Shown here: in pieces, positions 40,101-47,879 of the stretch | Numbering within the stretch: the stretch's first letter is position 1 | Layout of the letters: every line of letters starts with the position of its first letter | Source: a virus | Virus record (IMG/VR): IMGVR_UViG_3300037140_000126 | Location: 32,001 to 96,000 of that record | Reading direction: 5' to 3' (one strand) | Length of the DNA: 64,000 bases | Made by a program: the position numbers and the translations under genes | Notes under the pieces: model-generated | Told to the model about the DNA's origin: nothing | Seen by the model: only the letters and a program-made list of their open reading frames with translations | Database searches by the model: none

Positions 40101-40346
40101 CGCCTCTGGCAAATAGGGATATTGCCAGGTTCTCCGATCCACAATGTCAAATTGCCCATCGCGGACCGCTTGAATCTCTTGCGTGTGCCGCTGCTTGACA
40201 AGCCCCCATTGTTCACCGGGGGTAGCGGACAGTTCTTGGGAATGGGCATTTGACATTACGCGGACAATTTCTTGCGTGCGGAAGTGCCTCGCAGCACGCG
40301 CTTCCAGGTCCCTGTGGAACTGCCTGATTGCCTCAAGAATCGCCAT
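37167..40346 (-). CDS. Portal protein (669 aa after excision of a 390-aa intein)
   Basis: LRRFSETP, IGGYGCIE, RDNVRANTPFGLGKLE, FKGLD; first gene of the head operon. Confidence 0.85.
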   Translation of the reverse strand: MAILEAIRQFHRDLEARAARHFRTQEIVRVMSNAHSQELSATPGEQWGLVKQRHTQEIQAVRDGQFDIVDRRTWQYPYLPEALHRLNQPILKNCFSADTQVLTKRGWVPWPEARPDDLYATRSKNGEIHWQHAKKFMVVDYSGPMVHLTGKCLDFLVTPHHRMYGRSVRWAGPKGNSGAFAKDKKGFQFAKDVAEHIANGDGHGFVRFEVPLTSKAWIGKIPFESVTIKTERCSDKGGRHPEDYTVLLEDWVAFLGLYLAEGHCESAFAGMEKDADVDSRPLYVQAIAAAADGSNQEFNRSVGMMWTVGIAQERKSESYTAIAELLGRLPFHVQLRKRGFRIQSKALHEKLHPLGNTYTKYVPTWVKNLPPKYLKILLHWFWIGDGSFQRTRMFATASQRLANDIQEILIKLGTGGTLHTRPSKKMASGRMRAPFYCVYENLLKWSGLRHVEVQEYSGKVYCVGVPDGVIYVRRNGKAAWCGQTPYNLRRFSETPIPRRAINLIKNAVLQLKWDIEAMPDMENEGDPKEREKRIRIVKNCFEHPNNVDSFRTFSEAVLEDTIIGGYGCIEPRMTPYYKRPMKMWSVDGSTIRIYADWSESNTERPRFAQMTGLKGERGVVAFLADELVYIRDNVRANTPFGLGKLEVTFNTVNALLGVQDMASKAGSDQVHKTFLWWEQPQNQAHIQTVRRHIQNELEGQAKVSLIAGMKKPEVIPVQSVLIQDLLLEWQEMLIRCTANGFDLSPFSLGLEKDVNRSTGLIMSISDFKAAVVPMATRLMEAFTRELLHGFLGWKDLQFVFKGLDDPDALTKVQIQQRQYQSNALLPDEMRESDGKPPLPDGWGKLTFGMMNILIQEAMALARAKSMPQGGGAGAGGNGGGGMGVSSGLPPTGGAGAMSPTASANSGGMRGFQGSLIGQGEFSSDDIQQMTPEEVQYFQEMGMLPETGELGQQMETQQPGVLEQLNDELKEFFEQVEKDEQDGEEEPEKVSKADERGQVKKFQESLRKPTVVEQYLNDRYRGFSRPNDSNSAYMPGEQKLIQKGKRGKYPRSGGDTGSYQ
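38898..40067 (-). mobile_element. Intein with a LAGLIDADG homing endonuclease and a C-terminal Gln
   Basis: Block A CFSADTQVLTKRGW, block B LVTPHHRMY, LAGLIDADG-type FLGLYLAEG and WFWIGDGS, block F/G VYCVGVPDGVIYVRRNGKAAWCGQ/T. Confidence 0.93.
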
Positions 40347-40422
40347 CTAGCGAGAAAGTGTATAATAGTGCACAAAGTCGCTAAAACAACTTAGCAATTA
40401 AATCTGGCGGGGATTTAACTTG

Positions 40423-40554
40423 TCAGTACCAATACCCATACCTATGTCGCCATGTAATTTTTCTTATTACCCATAACGGAAACCAGATAGGAAATAAAAC
40501 CACAGCAAAAATAATCATGATCGCTGTGGTAAGAGATTCAAGGATTTCGTGCAA
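40423..40554 (-). CDS. Small single-TM protein (43 aa)
   Basis: Hand-read from TTG after a GAGGGG RBS: MHEILESLTTAIMIIFAVVLFPIWFPLWVIRK... Confidence 0.55.
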   Translation of the reverse strand: MHEILESLTTAIMIIFAVVLFPIWFPLWVIRKITWRHRYGYWY

Positions 40555-40561
40555 TATCCCC

Positions 40562-41206
40562 TCACTCATCGAAGTCTACCTCACGCTTGACTGGATACTG
40601 AATTGTTGGCTTGCGGGGCTTTTCTTTCGGCGCATCTTTCGAAGCCCGAATCTTCTGAAGCACATCATCAGGAATTGGCACTCCCGGACTGTTAGCATCA
40701 GGCCAGTAATATGGAGGCACATGAATCACGGTACCACTCACCGCATTTAGATTCGTCACTAGAGCACTTGGAGGGGGCAGCAAATCGGATTCAACTACAG
40801 GTAAGACGTGATCGAAGTAGGACATAAGATTACCAGCGTCATCGGGCATAGCCACACCACGAAGATAAACATCATCACAGTCTTTGTTGCACGACACAGT
40901 GTAACAATTTTCCAATAGAATCGACTTATATTTGAAAGTGTCTCCCCCCGCAACCAAAAGAAGTTGTAGCTTGCTGTATGGAAGGCTAAGCAAGTTGTTT
41001 CTGTCTTGCGTGTGCACGCCAATAAGTTTGCCGCACCATGCAATTTGTTTCAATCCAGAGGTATACTGTGCACGGACTGCACCACGGTAGCCAACACGAA
41101 CTTCACGAATGTCTTGCTGGATTGTCACATCTGCCAGCGTAGCAATGACAGAGCGTTCTGGCCCTGTCACGAGATAGCCTAGTGAAGAATTACTCTCTGA
41201 AGACAC
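40562..41206 (-). CDS. Tail tube protein paralog
   Basis: Shares GYRGAVRAQY exactly with the major tail tube protein. Confidence 0.6.
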   Translation of the reverse strand: MSSESNSSLGYLVTGPERSVIATLADVTIQQDIREVRVGYRGAVRAQYTSGLKQIAWCGKLIGVHTQDRNNLLSLPYSKLQLLLVAGGDTFKYKSILLENCYTVSCNKDCDDVYLRGVAMPDDAGNLMSYFDHVLPVVESDLLPPPSALVTNLNAVSGTVIHVPPYYWPDANSPGVPIPDDVLQKIRASKDAPKEKPRKPTIQYPVKREVDFDE

Positions 41207-41208
41207 CG

Positions 41209-41535
41209 CTACCTCTCCTGTAAATCAACAATAAATCCCTTGTCCTTGAGTCGCCGCACGACGTACTCGCCCGCAGCACTCTTTGCGTCGATACCCCCTA
41301 ACTGAAGTGCAAAACTAGTCGTCAGCATCCCAGACTGGCCGTGACGACGTAGCTTGTGTGGCCCATCGGGCTTAATAATAAGCTGTTTCTTTCCTATATC
41401 CACAGTCACTTGGAAGGTTTTCGCAATGCACAAATCTGGGGACAGCCGAAGCAGTCCTGCAGGCAGCACCCTAACAGTTCCTTTCGTCGCTTGTGGGCGT
41501 CCTACCCTTCTAGGTTCTGTTTTAATAATCGCCAT
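41209..41535 (-). CDS. Hypothetical protein, possibly AbrB-like DNA-binding
   Basis: Basic and beta-rich; start placed at MAIIKT after a GAGG RBS. Confidence 0.5.
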   Translation of the reverse strand: MAIIKTEPRRVGRPQATKGTVRVLPAGLLRLSPDLCIAKTFQVTVDIGKKQLIIKPDGPHKLRRHGQSGMLTTSFALQLGGIDAKSAAGEYVVRRLKDKGFIVDLQER

Positions 41536-41549
41536 AGTACCTCTTTTCG

Positions 41550-41801
41550 TTAGTTCACAGAACGTGCATGCGAGCACTCGGGCTCGTACTCGCTCATCAG
41601 TTTGATAACCTCACTATAGTACTGCGGATGCTGTTCGCAGTACGACTCGATACAGTGTTTACCAGCAAGCCGCACGGGTGCGTACTTGGCAGGATAGTGT
41701 TCACAAGCCCAAAAGAATGCCAAACCCGCCCGATACTCAAAACGGGCGGCTATGTACTTCGCGTCCTCAATCTCACCACCACATTCAGTACACGTCACCA
41801 T
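41550..41801 (-). CDS. Zinc-ribbon hypothetical protein
   Basis: CTEC...C..C. Confidence 0.55.
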   Translation of the reverse strand: MVTCTECGGEIEDAKYIAARFEYRAGLAFFWACEHYPAKYAPVRLAGKHCIESYCEQHPQYYSEVIKLMSEYEPECSHARSVN

Positions 41802-42063
41802 GTCTTCCTCCTCACTTGGAATCTCTACTCAACCAAAACACACCTGCTGTGTACCACAAAAAAGAGGTGGATGGATCATAGCTCTTTTCCCAGAAAGAAT
41901 GAGCAATGACAGCAATAGACATAATAAAACATAGAATTGCTAACACTGTATTCATTTCGCGCTCCTTCGGGGCCCGAAGACAGCGTGCTGATTTTCGCCG
42001 AGATAGTCAGCTTGTCGGCTTTGGACAATTGCTCTGCGAGCAGCACGCGGTATCGGATTGGCT

Positions 42064-42288
42064 TCATGAAGCTATCTTGCGCATATCAATCTCCACGATG
42101 CGGGCAGAGACAAGCCGTACTGCACTCTTTGCGGCGTTCTGACTCATGCAATTCGTGCACAGTTTCACATCGTCTTTGCCCCAACCGTCACGATGGCCGG
42201 GATTCACACGCGTCCACAGCCGTAAACGGTTCGAGCGGAAGTAGGTCTTGCCACAGCGGCTACATTGTCGGTCAGGCTTTCTACGCAT
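42064..42288 (-). CDS. Zinc-ribbon hypothetical protein
   Basis: CSRC...CTNC. Confidence 0.55.
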   Translation of the reverse strand: MRRKPDRQCSRCGKTYFRSNRLRLWTRVNPGHRDGWGKDDVKLCTNCMSQNAAKSAVRLVSARIVEIDMRKIAS

Positions 42289-42679
42289 GTTTCACCCCCG
42301 AGTGCATCTTCCTGCGGTGGATGGACAACGACATGGGCGACTTGAATGGTTTGCCATGCTTGTCGGTAGTTGTATTGCAGACATCGCAGCGTAACGCGGG
42401 GCGTGGGGTGTTCTTGGAATGGGCTTCCCGCTTGTGTGCACTTAAAGATGCTTTACTGAGAAATGGTCCGTGTGCTCCCTCCATTGCGCCGCATACATCG
42501 CAACGCAGAGACTTGCTTGATTTCTCTGCTTCCGCGTCATGATTGAAACCATTTCTGGTCAGGAATTGCAGTCCGACATCGCCCGCTGCCGTAGTAATCA
42601 TTAGGGTCTTGCCTTTCTGCAAGCGTGCTACTTCGTGGTCCTCCAGCAAAATAATCTGCTTCATTATCCTACTCCTCAC
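42281..42679 (-). CDS. Protein with two tandem C2H2 zinc fingers
   Basis: LRCDVC...FLSKASLSAHKREAH and LRCDVC...FKSPMSLSIHRRKMH. Confidence 0.78.
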   Translation of the reverse strand: MRSRIMKQIILLEDHEVARLQKGKTLMITTAAGDVGLQFLTRNGFNHDAEAEKSSKSLRCDVCGAMEGAHGPFLSKASLSAHKREAHSKNTPRPALRCDVCNTTTDKHGKPFKSPMSLSIHRRKMHSGVKHA

Positions 42680-42942
42680 GTTTTAGATTTTACTGCTACC
42701 AAGAACTCCCTAGTTTTCGTGCTCAACCCGTAATAACCATTAATTTTGGGCAACCTGTGTTTAAGTGCGATTGCTTCATGATACTTAATGGCCAAATCCA
42801 ATGCATCGAGTGCATCATCTGTACCCATAACTTCCAGGTTCAGACCAATAAACACCGCCTTCTTCCAGAGTCTCAAACTTTCAGCGGCCTCTTTCTTCGT
42901 CGCATAAACCTTCGTTCCCTTATAGTTTCCCATGATCCTCAC
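42676..42942 (-). CDS. Hypothetical protein
   Basis: 88 aa, GAGGA RBS. Confidence 0.6.
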   Translation of the reverse strand: MRIMGNYKGTKVYATKKEAAESLRLWKKAVFIGLNLEVMGTDDALDALDLAIKYHEAIALKHRLPKINGYYGLSTKTREFLVAVKSKT

Positions 42943-43457
42943 GCTTCAGCTACTGGTACATCTTGCACGACAACTTTTGCTGTACTGCCATTCTTGCTAA
43001 GAAACACAAGCCTTACTTTGTCTCCGTTCGTTTCGATCTTGAACGGGCGTTCCGCTTTCGAACCTGTCCGCCCCAATACGGTTAAGAAATAACCAACGCT
43101 GTCTTTTGCGCGATTCTTATACTTTTTGAAACTGTCCTTCACGTGCCATTTCTCGTCGAGCATCACGGACAACATTTTCTCAGGCATCGTGCCAGGCCGT
43201 GCGATCCCCAGCACCATATCAGACTTCGCTTTAACGATTTGTTCAGCGGGTGGCTCTTTCGGCTCACGTATCTTAATCTTGGTCATAGGCTCTTCCGAGT
43301 CCCGGCACTCGCGGGAGCAGAAGACGGCACCGGAACGGCGACCGAGAAAGCTTACATAGGAGATTATATTTTTGCAGCCCGAACGGTCGCAGCGCTCACT
43401 TACGTATATGCCACGTGCTTTCAGTTGCGTTTGGTCAGCTTGGGTTAGTTGTGCCAT
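42939..43457 (-). CDS. Cys-motif + putative winged-helix DNA-binding protein; paralog of 47137-47571
   Basis: CDRSGC...FCSREC, then KDSVGYFLTVL...RPFKIE...KVRLVFL. Confidence 0.6.
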   Translation of the reverse strand: MAQLTQADQTQLKARGIYVSERCDRSGCKNIISYVSFLGRRSGAVFCSRECRDSEEPMTKIKIREPKEPPAEQIVKAKSDMVLGIARPGTMPEKMLSVMLDEKWHVKDSFKKYKNRAKDSVGYFLTVLGRTGSKAERPFKIETNGDKVRLVFLSKNGSTAKVVVQDVPVAEA

Positions 43458-43562
43458 ATCGTTAGTCTTGTTTCTTCCTCCAGAGAACACAGGCGTAGTC
43501 TACCGATAATATGGCCGAAAGAACTAATACAGCCCAAAGAAATATGTGTGCCCTAAAGAATG

Positions 43563-43835
43563 TCATGTGGCACCACGCTTCGCCTTATCCTCAGTATGCC
43601 AAGGACCATCAAGATTTTCTGGCTCAACCCCATTAACTTTCAGGAGTGCACGGGTTTCCCTGAGCCAACGGAGTCGGTGTTCCGGCGCGGCGGCGTCCAT
43701 AAACATATTGGTGTGGGGTGTACCTATCATAGATTCAGCCGACCGGAGTCTTTCCAGTGCTTCGTCAAGCCGTTCAGCCAGTTTATTTTCGTCAAGCAAT
43801 TCAGGCGGTGCTTTTTCAATCGGAACCGTTTTCAT
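43563..43835 (-). CDS. Hypothetical protein
   Basis: 90 aa, GAGGTG RBS. Confidence 0.55.
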   Translation of the reverse strand: MKTVPIEKAPPELLDENKLAERLDEALERLRSAESMIGTPHTNMFMDAAAPEHRLRWLRETRALLKVNGVEPENLDGPWHTEDKAKRGAT

Positions 43836-44185
43836 GCCGCACCTCGCTTCGCCATTGCTTCGGCTTCATAGTCGGGGTTGACAGCGGGCAGCAGCATCGG
43901 CGTGTGGACAACGGGCGCTTCGTTTTCGATGCTCAGTTGGTATTTCCGCCATGCTTTGCCAAGCTGATCCTTGGCGAGTTTAACGAATTCATCTTTCCAT
44001 GAAATCGTCCGGCGTTCTTGGTAAGTCAGGGTCAACAGATACGGCCCGCGACTTGGACATTTGAGGCCCTCTTTGAACCCGGCAATCAGCTCTTCCCGCA
44101 ACACAGACTTCTGCTCTTCCAATTTCTTGATCTCGGCAGCAATCTGTGCGTAACGTGTCACTTGCTCTTGGTCTAGGTATTTCAT
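43832..44185 (-). CDS. Hypothetical coiled-coil early protein
   Basis: Start at MKYLDQ after GAGGAGG; first gene downstream of the 44222-44250 promoter. Confidence 0.6.
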   Translation of the reverse strand: MKYLDQEQVTRYAQIAAEIKKLEEQKSVLREELIAGFKEGLKCPSRGPYLLTLTYQERRTISWKDEFVKLAKDQLGKAWRKYQLSIENEAPVVHTPMLLPAVNPDYEAEAMAKRGAA

Positions 44186-44221
44186 CGAATCGTCCTCCTC
44201 ACAGAGATTACTTACACACTC

Positions 44222-44250
44222 AATATACAATATTCGCACAATATTGTCAA
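44222..44250 (-). promoter_or_regulatory. Sigma70-type promoter with operator-like spacer
   Basis: TTGACA-atattgtgcgaatattg(17)-TATATT. Confidence 0.85.
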
Positions 44251-44254
44251 GTGC

Positions 44255-45178
44255 CTATTTTTCATTATCGAGCGCCGTCCACGCACTCCCTGGTACGCGC
44301 ATTTCTTCCAGCATGGTAAACGCCTGTTTTGTGCTCCACACAATTTGCGCCGGCTCCGCGACTGCTGGATCGACGTGGATCGGCATCACGAATGGATTGG
44401 ACCATGGACACGCATAGTGCAGTCCAAGACACATCGGGTAATAAAGAATCTGCGGTACTTTTTGTGATCCTGCAAGATGCGACAGGCCGTTATCTACAGT
44501 CACAGCTAGGTAAATCCTGTGCTCTTTCATCGCCCGGGCAAGTGCTCGCAGCGGCATCCCAGTAAGGTATTCTTCCTCAGAAAAACCTAGTTCGTCTGCC
44601 CGTTCGTCTGCGCTTCCAGTTACGCGAATCGGTTTGTTGAGTGTCCGTAGAAAGCGCAGAATTGGCTTCCACTTTACCCACGGCAGGCACTTGTTCGGCG
44701 GTTTGCCATCGTGACTCGAACACGACCGTGAAAACGGTGCAATCAAAATTGCGTCTTGCGGAACTCGGGATACCCATTCGTTGTCCTCCTCATTGTATGG
44801 CGGGTCGTAAAATGGCCCTAGGTCTGCCGCAGAATCGCCAAGTTTGACACCGAGCAAATCTGCATAGCCCTGTGCCAAGTGGCACTTCTTTTGATTGCAA
44901 ATCTCAAAGGCCTTGTTTACGTTGAAATTGAATTCGAAGTCGTATTCAATCGTGACAGGAACCTTCGGGAGCCCGATGTAAGCAACTTTTACCTCGTCCA
45001 TTCTACCAAATACAACTTTCAGTGGCACACCCATTCCACGGTATAGTTCCGCCACTGCGTTGTTGTCCGTTAGCATGTCGATTTCATACTCGGGATGACT
45101 GCGGTGCCAGGCACGCAATGCGGCTGATATGCAAAGTGCGTCACCTATGAGATTGTGGGATTCAAATAAGGCCCTCAT
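44255..45178 (-). CDS. Glycosyltransferase, GT9 (heptosyltransferase-like)
   Basis: LIGDAL...ALRAW...HPEYEIDMLT, KCLPWVKW, AVTVDNGLSHLAG. Confidence 0.82.
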   Translation of the reverse strand: MRALFESHNLIGDALCISAALRAWHRSHPEYEIDMLTDNNAVAELYRGMGVPLKVVFGRMDEVKVAYIGLPKVPVTIEYDFEFNFNVNKAFEICNQKKCHLAQGYADLLGVKLGDSAADLGPFYDPPYNEEDNEWVSRVPQDAILIAPFSRSCSSHDGKPPNKCLPWVKWKPILRFLRTLNKPIRVTGSADERADELGFSEEEYLTGMPLRALARAMKEHRIYLAVTVDNGLSHLAGSQKVPQILYYPMCLGLHYACPWSNPFVMPIHVDPAVAEPAQIVWSTKQAFTMLEEMRVPGSAWTALDNEK

Positions 45179-45827
45179 TTAGCCTCCCTAATCGCAACCT
45201 AGTCACACAGAACAAAATAGCGCGACCGCCTCTACTCGGACGCCTGAGTTTACGCAAAGCTTTTGCCTCAATCTGCCGAACACGCTCCTTGGTAATGGTC
45301 GGCCCTATAGTCTGAACTTTTTCAACAAATTTAGGTTGGTCACCAATATGGTCATAACCGTCGTAATATTTTACTACCACCTTCACGACACCCTCTTTTG
45401 GCGCATCCGGATGCCTGCTCCTGATATGTGAACCGGTCTCGTCAAGTGTCAGTACCTTTCCATTGAGAAGTCCAAAGCGCAGCACGATAACCTTCCGCTC
45501 AACACGCGTCAGTCCATCAAGACCTGAGAGCACAGCCATACACAAAGCATCATACTCAATAGTGTCTTTTGTAAGCTGCTTAAAAGTTGGGGGTTTAGTA
45601 AAAGGCTCACAAGCAATGCGGCATGCGAGTTTCAAATAACAACTGAGTCTTTCCAACCGATCCTTTTTCTTTTGCCGGTACTGCCTAGCCTTTTCACGCG
45701 TTACTGAGGCTTTCCGTTGCCATTCCTCATGTATGCGTTCGTCTTCTTGTATTCCCATCAAATCGTCATGAACCCAAGGACAATCTTGTACAGTTACCCT
45801 CTTCCTCATCATTGTCATCATCCTCAC
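45162..45827 (-). CDS. Stand-alone sigma70 region 4 protein with a 41-aa insertion in the HTH
   Basis: LTRVERKVIVLRFGL...TLDETG...[insert]...TKERVRQIEAKALRKLRRPSR closely matches the RpoD C-terminus. Confidence 0.85.
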   Translation of the reverse strand: MRMMTMMRKRVTVQDCPWVHDDLMGIQEDERIHEEWQRKASVTREKARQYRQKKKDRLERLSCYLKLACRIACEPFTKPPTFKQLTKDTIEYDALCMAVLSGLDGLTRVERKVIVLRFGLLNGKVLTLDETGSHIRSRHPDAPKEGVVKVVVKYYDGYDHIGDQPKFVEKVQTIGPTITKERVRQIEAKALRKLRRPSRGGRAILFCVTRLRLGRLNEGLI

Positions 45828-45836
45828 GTAGAAAAT

Positions 45837-46037
45837 TTATTTCTCCCGTTCGAATACACTAGGCACGATGGGCTGATAGTCTTCAACGTACCGCACGAGC
45901 CACGCGGACAGTTGTGCCAATCGTTCGGTAAAGAACGCAAGTGGTAGCACAATAAGCAGCAAAAACGCCTTCGTGATTGTCAGCAGCAATACCCAGCATT
46001 CATCATGCAGATTTTCGATTGAGTAGTTTTCTGTCAT
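45837..46037 (-). CDS. Small membrane protein
   Basis: Hydrophobic stretch WVLLLTITKAFLLLIVLPLAFF. Confidence 0.5.
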   Translation of the reverse strand: MTENYSIENLHDECWVLLLTITKAFLLLIVLPLAFFTERLAQLSAWLVRYVEDYQPIVPSVFEREK

Positions 46038-46218
46038 TTTGAACGCCTTTCTCCTTGTCGGTCAGGCCCTTCAATGTGGACTCGGGGTACTTTATTGGCC
46101 ACATATCGCCCTCCAACTCGACCCAAATCTTTCCATCCTTAACGTCAATACGCTTAACCCAACCAAACTGAGCGTAAGCATTTTTTACTACTTGCCCTAC
46201 GCTAAACTTGCTCTTCAT
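46003..46218 (-). CDS. Small SH3/KOW-like protein
   Basis: KFSVGQVVK...GWVKRI...IWVELEG. Confidence 0.55.
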   Translation of the reverse strand: MKSKFSVGQVVKNAYAQFGWVKRIDVKDGKIWVELEGDMWPIKYPESTLKGLTDKEKGVQNDRKLLNRKSA

Positions 46219-46690
46219 TTCTTTCTCCCCTTCTTTTCATCATGGGTTTCAATGCTTCAGTTACAGCCGAAAGGAGACCATCTCGAATATCAGAGTCCGT
46301 CCAGTCTTCAATAGAGTCTCTAAGTTCATCCAATTTGTTTTCCAAAGTCTCCACAAGACGATTCAATCGTATTTCCGACTTTCCTTGGTCATGTAACCGT
46401 AATTTTTCTGAAATAATTTCGGCGATTGCTTCAAAGTCTTTCTTGCCGAGCATGAAGGCAAGGTCAGTGTCCGTGTTATCCTCAAAGTGGTCTTTGGCAT
46501 TTTCACCGTCGCATTCGTCGCAATAGGGTTCACCAACTTGGTTTATCAACAGGCCACAGTCGCTGCCACCCCATTTAAGAATTACCGGCATCCTCATAGC
46601 GATGCCTTCATCTTCTTCATGATGTGGGCACAACTGCTCAAGTCGAATTTCGCTTCGTATTTGAACTTCTTTTTCTTGTTTCGTTTTCAT
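46202..46690 (-). CDS. Acidic hypothetical protein
   Basis: About 162 aa, operon packing. Confidence 0.55.
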   Translation of the reverse strand: MKTKQEKEVQIRSEIRLEQLCPHHEEDEGIAMRMPVILKWGGSDCGLLINQVGEPYCDECDGENAKDHFEDNTDTDLAFMLGKKDFEAIAEIISEKLRLHDQGKSEIRLNRLVETLENKLDELRDSIEDWTDSDIRDGLLSAVTEALKPMMKRRGERNEEQV

Positions 46691-46715
46691 AACCCTACTC
46701 CTCACGGTTTAGATT

Positions 46716-46925
46716 TTACCAACTTACTAGAAATTTAAGGGCGGTGCGGACAGTCACGAGGCTCAGATTCGTAACCGTCACATCGTGTCCTTCCGTCCCA
46801 GGTAGGACACTGGCTGAGGTAATACAGTACCAACCGCCCAGCTCGTCATACAGCAATTCATAAACTTTTCCAAGATAGATTTTTCGTAATTGTCGCGGGC
46901 GCGAAGTCTGAGCCTTGCGCATCAT
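46716..46925 (-). CDS. Hypothetical protein
   Basis: 69 aa; GGAG RBS; preceded by the TCCTGTATCATG motif. Confidence 0.5.
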   Translation of the reverse strand: MMRKAQTSRPRQLRKIYLGKVYELLYDELGGWYCITSASVLPGTEGHDVTVTNLSLVTVRTALKFLVSW

Positions 46926-46930
46926 AACTC

Positions 46931-46942
46931 CATGATACAGGA
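46931..46942 (-). promoter_or_regulatory. Repeated TCCTGTATCATG motif (identical copies at 2737-2748 and 8348-8359)
   Basis: Three identical 12-mers, all on the coding strand upstream of gene starts; contains a -10-like TATCAT. Confidence 0.5.
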
Positions 46943-47083
46943 ATCGTGTTCTAACTCGTTCCCAGGATGCACAGGAACGCTGTTTCCCGTCGATTTCCCG
47001 CTACTTATGAGCACTTCTATAGCAAAACACATCTGGAAAAGGCTTGTTTTACATTAAAACTATTGTTTTCTTGAGGTTAGATA

Positions 47084-47129
47084 AGAAAAAGAGCATCTAG
47101 CCTGAGGTTTTTCGATCAGGCTAGATGCT
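47084..47129 (-). terminator. Rho-independent terminator
   Basis: Perfect 14-bp stem AGCATCTAGCCTGA/TCAGGCTAGATGCT followed by CTTTTTCT on the minus strand. Confidence 0.85.
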
Positions 47130-47136
47130 GAGGGGG

Positions 47137-47571
47137 TTAGTCATCGGACGCGGGTACGTCTTGCACGGATGCTCGTGAAACTTCCGCACCAGCACCAGCG
47201 GCCTTCGCTTTGGCTTTGGCTTTGGCTTTGGCTTTAAGTACCGGCTCAGTGGACTTCGCAGATGCACCGTTCTTGCCCTTGGCTGCGAGAAATACAAGCC
47301 TCACTTTCTCGCCATCGTTTTCCAGCTCCAGCTTGAACGGACGATCTGCTTTCGCACTCTTGCGCTTGAGCACGGTCAGGAAATAACCGATGCTGTCTTT
47401 TTCACGCTTGCGGTACTCCATGAAATCCGCACGGTTATGGAACTTCCCGTCGCTCAGATCGGACAGTATCTTTCCCTCTACAGAGTTCGGGGAAGCGATG
47501 CCCAACACACGGTCTGCCCTGGATGTACGAGTCTTTTTTACTTTTGCTTTCTTTGCTGTTTTATTTGCCAT
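47137..47571 (-). CDS. Lys/Ala-rich (histone H1-like) putative DNA-binding protein; paralog of 42939-43457
   Basis: MANKTAKKAKVKK...KDSIGYFLTVL...KAKAKAKAKAAGAG; has its own promoter and terminator. Confidence 0.65.
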   Translation of the reverse strand: MANKTAKKAKVKKTRTSRADRVLGIASPNSVEGKILSDLSDGKFHNRADFMEYRKREKDSIGYFLTVLKRKSAKADRPFKLELENDGEKVRLVFLAAKGKNGASAKSTEPVLKAKAKAKAKAKAAGAGAEVSRASVQDVPASDD

Positions 47572-47629
47572 GTTCTTGCTCCTCTTCTTAGGTTTATTTA
47601 GAAACTTGGCCCTGTTTCACGCACCCAAA

Positions 47630-47657
47630 ATATTATACCTATCGTGGTGAATGTCAA
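47630..47657 (-). promoter_or_regulatory. Sigma70-type promoter without the operator spacer
   Basis: TTGACA followed after 16 nt by TAATAT (TATAAT at a 14-nt spacing). Confidence 0.5.
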
Positions 47658-47663
47658 GGTATA

Positions 47664-47879
47664 TCACCTACACCCATAATCGGTCTCTGTCACCAAAACA
47701 AACTGTGGGCAGCCACACAGCACAGCAGTTGATTCAGCACCCGGTGTATCAAAAAATTCGGCATCGTCACCATGGTCGTAAAAGACTTCCTCATCGCACG
47801 TCATCGGATCGCCCGCACTTGTAAAGTGAAATTTGTACGCGTGATGGCAATTTTCGCATAGTGCTTCTAGGTCGAGCAC
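47664..47879 (-). CDS. Cys-rich hypothetical protein
   Basis: GTG start after GAGGA; CENC...C...CGC. Confidence 0.45.
   Translation of the reverse strand: MLDLEALCENCHHAYKFHFTSAGDPMTCDEEVFYDHGDDAEFFDTPGAESTAVLCGCPQFVLVTETDYGCR

Noticed and set aside
47204-47233. (TTTGGC)n tandem repeat
   Set aside because: It simply encodes the KAKAKA tail of the histone-like protein.
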